From contig CAWDDN010000022.1 of NCBI GenBank assembly GCA_963801135.1, positions 2,458 to 66,457 on the forward strand: DNA of 64,000 nucleotides. The letters run 5' to 3'. Below the pieces are notes generated by a model that worked only from the letters and a program-made list of their open reading frames with translations, had not been told where the DNA came from and made no database searches. This document shows positions 48,170-55,029 of the stretch, piece by piece (within the stretch, counting starts at the first letter, position 1; each line of letters starts with the position of its first letter). The stretch is from an uncultured Actinomycetota bacterium. Its GTDB lineage: Bacteria > Actinomycetota > Actinomycetes > Propionibacteriales > Nocardioidaceae. Made by a program: the position numbers and the translations under genes.

Positions 48170-48253
48170 GGCGTACTCCCCACTCCGTCTCCGCGCTCCC
48201 CCCGTGCTGCAACGGGTGGGGAGTGCAGGAATCACTGGTGCACCAGTGATTCC
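48170..48253 (+). repeat. Dispersed intergenic palindromic element, copy D, ending in a 26-nt perfect palindrome
   Basis: It has a GGCGTACTCCCC box. ACTCCCCAC pairs with GTGGGGAGT, and then comes GGAATCACTGGTGCACCAGTGATTCC (48228..48253). It lies between the hydroxylase stop and the mshA start. Confidence 0.65.
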
Positions 48254-48262
48254 GGCACCCCG

Positions 48263-48947
48263 TCAGCCGTCGAGGCCGTGGAGCCGCTTCGCGGTGGGCG
48301 AGGTCGCGACGGTCGCCGGGTCCGGGATCGGTGCCGAAGAGCCGGTCGGCGGTGTGGGCGGTGGTCACGGTCAGCCAGTAGTGCTCGTTCTTGAAGTGGT
48401 GCAGCCGGTGGTGGCGCCAGACCGCCTTGTAGGCCCGCGACCTCGGCTTGTAGTCGGTGTGCACCAGGTAGTGGGTCCACTCGTAGCCCATGCCGACGAC
48501 GCCGACAGTCATCATGAACGTCAGGCCGGCACCCGGGGACGGCGCGACCCACAGCGGCACCACCACGGTCAGCGCCATCAGCCCGATCATCACCTGCCAC
48601 GGGATGAACACCAGCGGGATGTGGCGCGGGTCGCGGTGGTGGGCCCGGTGCGAGGAGGCGAGCAGGTGGTCGACAGTGACCCGGCCCACGCGCCGGGGTC
48701 GCCAGTGCAGCACGAAGACGTGGATGACCCACTCGATGACGGGGAACATCGCGACGAACACCGCCGGCGCGATCACGTCGGCGGCGCGCCAGTCGCCCAC
48801 GAGAGTCCGGGCGAGGGTCGCCCCCACCAGCGTGGTGAGGATCATCCACGGGGACGGGTGGCGCCAGAACTCGGCGAACGCCGCGCGGAGCGTGAGCTTC
48901 TGCCGGCGGGCTCCAGTGACACGATCGTTCTCGGCGGTCGCGGTCAT
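48263..48947 (-). pseudogene. Fatty acid hydroxylase/sterol desaturase-family membrane protein, frame broken near 48317-48327
   Basis: Histidine boxes HRAHHRDP and HHRLHHFKNE are present. After DRLFGTDP the natural-looking tail PDPATVATSPTAKRLHGLDG-stop is in another frame. GAAGGAG RBS precedes ATG 48947. Confidence 0.75.
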
Positions 48948-49783
48948 CACAGCTCCTTCGACTCCGGGCCGGTCTCGGCCTCGGTCTGGGCCTCGGTCTG
49001 GGCCTCGGTCTCGTCCACCGCCTCGAGCAGGTCGAGGGTGGTGATCAGTGCCTGCGTCACGGGTTCCAGCAGCACCCGGGCTGCCGTCTCGGCAGCATCG
49101 GGCTGGCCGGTCGCGAGTGCCTGCGCCAGCGCCTCGTAGGTCTCGGTCTGCTCGACCTCGGCGGCCATCACGGTCGCCAGCGCCTCCAGGGCGGGCTCGT
49201 ACGCCGCGCGCAGGCTGTTGTACATCAGCCGGAACGCGATCGAGTCGCTGGCGTCGACGACGTGGTCCCAGAACGTGAGGGCGTGCACCTGGCACTGGAC
49301 CGGGTCGTCGCTCGCCTCCAGGCGGCGTACGTCGTCGTGCAGCAGCGCGCCCAGCGCCTGTCGCCGCTGCGGTGAGCCTGCCAGCTTGCGGGCCGCGAGA
49401 CCGGCTACCTGAGGTCCGACCAGCAACCGTGCCTCCAGCAGGCTGCGCGCGGTCCCGAGGTCGAGCTCGCCTCCGACCAGCAGCAGCCGCGGCAACAGCT
49501 CCAGGCCCCCGTGGCGCCGGTAGTCGCGCACCGTCGTGGTGTCGCCCTGACGCACCTCGACCAGACCGGCCTGCGCGAGTCGTTGCAGCGCCTCACGGAC
49601 GGCGGGCCGGGACACCCCGAGCAGCTCGGCGAGCCGCCGTTCGCTGGGCAGGGCGGCGCCGGGGGCCAGGACCCCACCCATGACTTCGGCGACGAGCTGG
49701 TCGAAGACCTCGTCGGGCACTGAGCGGCGGCGGACGGGGTGGATCACGCGGCGACCCTGGCACGGCAGGTGGCCAGAGGTCAA
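48947..49783 (-). CDS. GntR/FadR-family transcriptional regulator
   Basis: The winged HTH reads LPSERRLAELLGVSRPAVREALQRLAQAGLVEVRQG, followed by an FCD-like domain. The start may be an internal GTG (VIHPVRRRS). Confidence 0.85.
   Translation of the reverse strand: MTSGHLPCQGRRVIHPVRRRSVPDEVFDQLVAEVMGGVLAPGAALPSERRLAELLGVSRPAVREALQRLAQAGLVEVRQGDTTTVRDYRRHGGLELLPRLLLVGGELDLGTARSLLEARLLVGPQVAGLAARKLAGSPQRRQALGALLHDDVRRLEASDDPVQCQVHALTFWDHVVDASDSIAFRLMYNSLRAAYEPALEALATVMAAEVEQTETYEALAQALATGQPDAAETAARVLLEPVTQALITTLDLLEAVDETEAQTEAQTEAETGPESKEL
48966..49012 (-). repeat. In-frame 12-bp tandem repeat encoding ETEAQTEAQTEAET in the GntR C-terminal tail
   Basis: On the + strand GGCCTCGGTCTG occurs twice exactly, with degenerate copies on both sides. 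Confidence 0.8.
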
Positions 49784-49845
49784 GTGGTCAGACCAATCTT
49801 CCGGCCCCTGGGAAACCCGCGTCGTGCCGTGCCAGACTCCTTCCC

Positions 49846-50560
49846 GTGCAGATGATCGGACTCCTCGGCGGCATGAGCTGGCAGAGCTCGGCGGTGTACT
49901 ACCGCCTGCTCAACACCGGAGTCGAGCAGCGACGCGGCGGGCTGTCGTCGGCCCGGACGGTGATGAGCTCGGTGGACTTCGCCGAGGTCACCCGCCTGCA
50001 ACGGGAGGAACGCTGGGACGCGGTGGCCGAGATCCTGGCCACGGCGGCAGCGGGTGTCGAAGCCGCGGGCGCCGAGCTCCTCCTGATGTGCACCACGAGC
50101 TTCCACCGGGTCGCCGACCAGGTCGAGGCGGCGGTGGACATCCCACTGCTGCACCTCGGAGACGTGGTCGCCCAGGCGTGCGCCGCACGCGGGGTCTCCA
50201 CGGTGGCGTTCGTCGGCACGTCGTTCGCGATGGGCCGCACCTTCTTCCGCGACCGGATCGCCTCGCACGGCATCGACGTGCTGGTGCCCGACGAGGAGTG
50301 CCACCCCACCCTCGACCGGATCATCTACGACGAGCTGGTGCACGGCAGGGTCAACGACTCCTCGCGCCGCCGCGTCGTACGGCATCGTGGACGAAATGTG
50401 GGACTCCGGCGCCGAAGGCGTCATCCTCGGCTGCACCGAGCTGGAGGAGCTGATCCGGCAGGCCGACTCCGACCTTCCGGTCTTCCCCTGCACCACGCTG
50501 CACGTCGAGGCCGCCCTCGACCGCGCCCTCGACGGACCCCCCGACCCGGCGCAGGGCTAG
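49846..50560 (+). pseudogene. Aspartate/glutamate racemase-family protein, frame broken near 50362-50377
   Basis: MQMIGLLGGMSWQSSAVYYRLLN...LLLMCTTSFH...RVNDSSR continues in another frame as AAASYGIVDEMWDSGAEGVILGCTELEELI...stop at 50560. The span is 715 nt (3n+1). Confidence 0.78.
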
Positions 50561-51324
50561 TCCCCGAGCGCCTCCGCGACCGCGGGCCCGAGCACCTCTC
50601 CGGCACGGCCACGCACCACCAGCGTCGCCATGTCGTCGTAGGGCGTCGGCTCGTCGTTGACGATGACCAGGGCGGCCCCGGAGCTGACCGCCTCGAGCGG
50701 AAGGGCTGCGGCGGGGTAGACCTGCAAGGACGATCCGATCGCCAGCAGGACGTCGCAGCCGCGGACGAGCTCGGTCGCCTGGTCCACGACGCCCGGGAAC
50801 AGCATCTGGCCGAAGGAGACGGTCGCCGACTTCACCAGGCCCCCGCAGTGCGGGCACAGCGGGTCGTCGTCGCCGGCGTCGAGGCGCCGGAAGACCCACG
50901 AGGTGTCGTCGCGGAAGCCGCAGCCGTCGGGGGTGCCGTAGGCCGGCGCGTGGCCGATGCACATGACCTCGGTGGCGGTGCCGTGCAGCTCGACCACACG
51001 GCGGGACCCCGCGCGCTGGTGCAGGCGGTCGATGTTCTGGGTGATCACCCCATCGCTGCGTCCGGCCTGCTCGAGCCTGGCCAGCGCCCGATGGGCCGGG
51101 TTGGGCTCGACCGGGCCGGCGAAGAACTCGCGGCGCATCTGCCAGCTGAGGCGGCGGCAGGCCGCGTCGTCGACAAAGCTGTCGAAGTCGAAGGTGCGCG
51201 GGTCGTACCGGGTCCAGATCCCGCCCGGCGACCGGAAGTCAGGGACTCCGGACTCCGTCGACACTCCGGCGCCGGTGAAGGCCACGATCCGCGAGGCACC
51301 CTCCAGCACGTCGGTAAGGTCCAT
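50557..51324 (-). CDS. NAD-dependent protein deacylase (Sir2/CobB family)
   Basis: 255 aa with [26 protein letters not shown], a Zn ribbon C...C...CPHCGG and VIVNDEPT. Confidence 0.88.
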   Translation of the reverse strand: MDLTDVLEGASRIVAFTGAGVSTESGVPDFRSPGGIWTRYDPRTFDFDSFVDDAACRRLSWQMRREFFAGPVEPNPAHRALARLEQAGRSDGVITQNIDRLHQRAGSRRVVELHGTATEVMCIGHAPAYGTPDGCGFRDDTSWVFRRLDAGDDDPLCPHCGGLVKSATVSFGQMLFPGVVDQATELVRGCDVLLAIGSSLQVYPAAALPLEAVSSGAALVIVNDEPTPYDDMATLVVRGRAGEVLGPAVAEALGD

Positions 51325-51358
51325 GATCCGAGGCTATGCCCAACCTGGACAGACCCGG

Positions 51359-51394
51359 CCGGCCGTCGGAGCGGCCGTCGGAGCGGCCGTCGGG
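51359..51394 (-). repeat. In-frame 12-bp tandem repeat encoding [12 protein letters not shown] at the C-terminus of the PAS/DHp protein
   Basis: The + strand reads CCGGCCGTCGGA GCGGCCGTCGGA GCGGCCGTCGGG. Confidence 0.8.
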
Positions 51395-52096
51395 GCCGGC
51401 CGGCCGTGCGTCATCGGCGGGACGGCCCGATGGATGGCCCGGTGGACTGCTCCGATCACCTCGTTGAGGTTCACGATGACCTCGCGCAGATCACCGACCG
51501 CCTGGTCGAGCTGGAAGGCGATCGCGCTGGCGGCGTGCGCCTCGGTGTCGTCGAGCCGCCGCTGCAGCGCCTGGAGCCGCATGCCGGTGGCGAAGAGGCG
51601 CTGCAGCACGCTGTCGTTGGCGTCACGGACCACGCGGGCATGCTCGCGTCGCACGTCGACCTCGCGCGAGTAGCGCTGGTGGGCTTCGGCCAGCTCACGG
51701 CTGCTGCGCCCGAGGGAGTGGCGGGCGCTCACGTCGGTGGCGACGCCGTCGACGAACAGGAACCCTCCGACCGTGCGCGGGACCGCCCGCCACGAGACCC
51801 ACCGGGTCGCACCGTCCTCATCCTCAGCCGCAGCTCGATCTCGCAGCGCTGCCCGCGCCGCACGGTTTCGAGGAAGGACTCCGCGGTGGCGATGTCGTCG
51901 TGGTGGACGTATTGGCGGATGAGGCCCGGCAAGGTGTCCGACCTGGTCAGGGGGAACCCGAACACGGCCTCGGAGTTGGGGCCCAAGTAGCGCCACTGCA
52001 GGTGGCCGTCGACGACGCCGACGGTAAAGGCGAACACGTCCATCAGGGCCATCGCCCGGTGCGGGGCAGCGGGGTCGTCGGCCACGGCGCTCTGCC

Positions 52097-52326
52097 CAGT
52101 TCCTGCGGGCTCAGTTCCTGCGGGCTCAGTTCCCGGGGGTCCTGAGGGCTCGGTTCCCGGGGGCTCGGTTCCCAGGGGCTCAGCGCCGAGGTGCTCAGTG
52201 CCTGCCTGGCCTGCTCGCGCCTGCACCAGAGGCGTGGGTTCCGGCGTCGGCTCCGGCGTGGGCTCCTCGGTCTGCTGGCCTGACGTCTGATCTGACGTCT
52301 GATCTGACGTCTGATCTGACGTCTGG
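52097..52326 (-). repeat. Three adjacent in-frame microsatellite arrays forming the inter-domain linker
   Basis: A 15-bp unit x about 6 (52097..52195) encodes (A/P)GTEP repeats. A 12-bp unit x 3 (52231..52266) encodes PEPT x 3. A 12-bp unit x about 4 (52281..52326) encodes QTSD x 3 plus QTSG. Confidence 0.85.
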
Positions 52327-53006
52327 GCGGCCTGTCCCGACCCGCTCTCCTCACCCAGGGCGAGGTGCGGGCCGTCGGCGAGCAGGCGCGCGACGGCGTC
52401 CAGCAGCGGACCGACGCCGGCATCGGGCGCCCGCATCGCCTCACCGCGCAGCAGGAGCACCCCCACCGGCTCGTCTGGCCGCTCCGACGCTGCCAGCGGC
52501 ACGGCCACCACCTCGCCTTCCGGCGTTGCCAGCCAGACAGAGCGGGCCTGCACGCACGCCCGCTCCAGGGCGTCGCGTCCCCACGAGGGGACCGACCCCG
52601 GTTCCTCCTCGTGTGGTCCGTCGGGTGAGTCGCCCGACGACGGCTGCGCCGTCTCCCAGCGTCGGACGGCGCTCGGGTGTCCCGAGACCAGATCGACGTA
52701 CGTCGCCCCCTCACCGCCGAGGAAGTCCAGGAGTGCCGGCACCAGCGTGTCGAGGGGGGCCAGGCGGCCGGCGACCGCCTCGGGGCGGGGGAGCGCTCGG
52801 CCCCGGGCCGGCGCGGGAGCGGGTGTGTCCCCGGTCGGCATCGCCGTCATCGCACACCCTCCTTCTGTCGTGGGGCACACCACGGGACCGGATGACATCC
52901 GCTACTGCTGACAAGTGAAACCCGGACCTGCACCAGCAGACTGCCTTACTAACGGATCAGGACGTTCGTCCTGCCAGATTGTCCCGGAAGTCCTGCGGGT
53001 CTGGGC

Positions 53007-53025
53007 AGATAGTCATATTCTATCT
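53007..53025. promoter_or_regulatory. AT-rich island with inverted repeat AGATAG-N7-CTATCT in the divergent promoter gap
   Basis: AGATAGTCATATTCTATCT is the only clearly AT-rich stretch for kilobases. It lies about 45 bp upstream of the S8 start and contains TAnnnT-type hexamers. Confidence 0.45.
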
Positions 53026-53068
53026 AAAAGGCACCGAAACCGCCCCTGCGCGGACCCGACCCCGGGAG

Positions 53069-55018
53069 ATGGACGTGAACGTGAGCAGCTGGGCCCGCAT
53101 CGCCCCCAAGGTGACCGCCGTCCTGGCGCTGACGGCCATGACCGGCGCCGGTCCCTTCAGCACCGGCGCCGCCGCTGCGGAGAGCCCCCCGCCGCGGCCC
53201 GCCGACGACATGCGAGACGCCGTCGTCGGCACGGACTGGGGTGACGTCACCACCCGGCAGGAGAACCGCTCGCTGGACCGCTCGGGCGACTGGACTCCCG
53301 AAGACGACGTCAGCTCGCTGTACTCGCTGACCGCCGCCCAGGGCATCCAGGACGCCTGGCGAGCAGGCGTCACGGGCGAGGGAGTCACGGTGGCGGTCAT
53401 CGACACCGGTGTGGCTCCGGTACGCGGGCTCCCCGACACCCCCGACAAGGTGATGCATGGCCCCGACCTCTCCTTCGACAGCCAGGACCCCGACAGCCGC
53501 TACCTCGACGTCTTCGGCCACGGCACCCACATGTCCGGCATCATCGCCGGGCGAGACGCCGGCTGGGACCCGCAGGATCCTCGACCCGAGGCCTTCGCCG
53601 GCGTCGCCCCGGATGCCCAGCTCCTGAACATGAAGGTCGGCGCCAGCGACGGTGGGGTCGACGTCTCCCAGGTGATCGCCGCTCTCAACTGGATCGTGCA
53701 GCACCAGAACGACGACGGCATGAACGTCCAGGTCGTCTCGCTGGCGTACGGAACTCCCTCGGTGCAGCCCTGGCAGGTCGACCCGCTGGCCAAGGCTGTG
53801 GAAGACGCCTGGCGTGCGGGCATCGTGGTGGTGGCCGCGGTCGGCAACGACGGGCTCGACACCGACCGGCTGCTCATGCCCGCGATCGACCCCCACGTGA
53901 TCGCCGTGGGTGCCGCCGACCCGAACGGCACGGTCGACCTCAGCGACGACGTCGTCGCCGACTTCACCAACGGCGGTTCCGCCGAGCGGCGTCCCGACCT
54001 GCTCGCCCCTGGGCGCTCGATCGTCTCGCTCCGGGTGCCGGGCTCCTACATCGACACCACCAGCCCCGAGGGCAGGGTGGAGGGCGACGACACCCAGCGG
54101 TTCTTCCGCGGCAGCGGCACCTCGCAGGCCACGGCGTACGTCGCCGGTGTGGCAGCCCTGCTGCTCGACGAGCAGGGCGACCTCGCGCCGGAGGAGGTCA
54201 AGACACTGCTCATGGGCACCGCGCGTCCCGTGGCGGAGGCAGATCCGGCCGCTGGCGCCGGGATCGTCGACGTGCCGGCCGCGCTAGGGCTGGCCGACGA
54301 CGTGGAGAGCGACTCCGCGCTGGCAGCGCGCAACACCTTTCCCTGGGGCAGCGGCGACGGCTCCCTCGAGGCCTCCCGCGGCGGTGAGCACGTCGTCGAC
54401 CCGTTGACGGGGCGACCGCTCCAGGGCGAGTACGACGCCCAGGGCACCCGCTGGGACGGGGCGGCGTGGGCAGCCAGCTCGCAGGCGCACCGAGCCTGGG
54501 ACGGCGGCACCTGGAACGACCGCACTTGGACCGGCGAGGGTTTCGAGGGCAACCGCTGGCGCTTCGCCCCTTGGCGGGGCATCACCTGGGCTGGTGTGCC
54601 GTGGCTGTTCTACGCCGGCCCGGCAGCGTGGGAGGAGCGCTGGCCCGACGTGGACTGGAACGCACGCAGCTGGCGCAACCTGGTGTGGCTGGCGCGCAGC
54701 TGGCGAAACGAGGACTGGACGGCCCGCAGCTGGCGCGACTTCCTCTGGGAGGCCCGCAGCTGGCGCGACGACGGGTGGACGGCTCGCAGCTGGCGCGACC
54801 TTCTCTGGGAGGCCCGCAGCTGGCGCAACGACGCCTGGGAGGCCCGCAGCTGGCGCGACGGCGACTGGGAGGCCCGCAGCTGGCGCGACTTCGCTTGGGA
54901 GGCCCGCAGCTGGCGCAACGGCGCCTGGGAGGCCCGCAGCTGGCGCAACGGCGCCTGGGAGGCCCGCAGCTGGCGTGAGGACTCCTGGTCTGCCAGAAGT
55001 TGGCGCGCACTGTCCTGA
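53069..55018 (+). CDS. Secreted S8 (subtilisin-like) serine peptidase with a C-terminal Trp-rich decapeptide repeat domain
   Basis: It has a signal-like N-terminus (APKVTAVLALTAMTGAGPFSTGAAAAE). The catalytic triad motifs are VAVIDTGV, HGTHMSGIIAG and GTSQATAYVAG. The start is taken at ATG 53069, whereas the track starts at 52979. Confidence 0.88.
   Translation: MDVNVSSWARIAPKVTAVLALTAMTGAGPFSTGAAAAESPPPRPADDMRDAVVGTDWGDVTTRQENRSLDRSGDWTPEDDVSSLYSLTAAQGIQDAWRAGVTGEGVTVAVIDTGVAPVRGLPDTPDKVMHGPDLSFDSQDPDSRYLDVFGHGTHMSGIIAGRDAGWDPQDPRPEAFAGVAPDAQLLNMKVGASDGGVDVSQVIAALNWIVQHQNDDGMNVQVVSLAYGTPSVQPWQVDPLAKAVEDAWRAGIVVVAAVGNDGLDTDRLLMPAIDPHVIAVGAADPNGTVDLSDDVVADFTNGGSAERRPDLLAPGRSIVSLRVPGSYIDTTSPEGRVEGDDTQRFFRGSGTSQATAYVAGVAALLLDEQGDLAPEEVKTLLMGTARPVAEADPAAGAGIVDVPAALGLADDVESDSALAARNTFPWGSGDGSLEASRGGEHVVDPLTGRPLQGEYDAQGTRWDGAAWAASSQAHRAWDGGTWNDRTWTGEGFEGNRWRFAPWRGITWAGVPWLFYAGPAAWEERWPDVDWNARSWRNLVWLARSWRNEDWTARSWRDFLWEARSWRDDGWTARSWRDLLWEARSWRNDAWEARSWRDGDWEARSWRDFAWEARSWRNGAWEARSWRNGAWEARSWREDSWSARSWRALS
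54656..55015 (+). repeat. Exactly 12 tandem 30-bp units encoding W-x-A-R-S-W-R-x-x-x
   Basis: The units read WNARSWRNLV, WLARSWRNED, WTARSWRDFL, WEARSWRDDG, WTARSWRDLL, WEARSWRNDA, WEARSWRDGD, WEARSWRDFA, WEARSWRNGA, WEARSWRNGA, WEARSWREDS and WSARSWRALS, then stop. Units 9 and 10 are identical at the DNA level. Confidence 0.95.
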
Positions 55019-55029
55019 AAGCGGTGACA

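Larger units (their letters stand above)
51334..52850 (-). pseudogene. GAF-like/PAS/HisKA_3-like protein without an ATPase domain (degenerate sensor), frame broken near 51826-51832
   Basis: GAAGGAGGG RBS precedes ATG 52850. An N-terminal domain is followed by repeat linkers and a PAS-like region (LQWRYLGPNSEAVFGFPL...CEIELRL, then in another frame AEDEDGATRWVSWRAVP). Next comes the DHp-like [24 protein letters not shown], and the protein ends after the AAPT repeats. Confidence 0.65.

Noticed and set aside
50557-51324. Sir2-domain protein considered as part of a defence system (Thoeris/DSR-like)
   Set aside because: It has the compact CobB-type deacylase layout with a Zn ribbon and standard NAD motifs. 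It has no fused SLOG/TIR or effector domain and no TIR partner, and its context is housekeeping.
54656-55015. Regular 30-bp repeat array considered as a CRISPR array
   Set aside because: The repeats are contiguous with no spacers and are in frame inside an S8 protease ORF. They encode a conserved decapeptide, and no cas genes are nearby.
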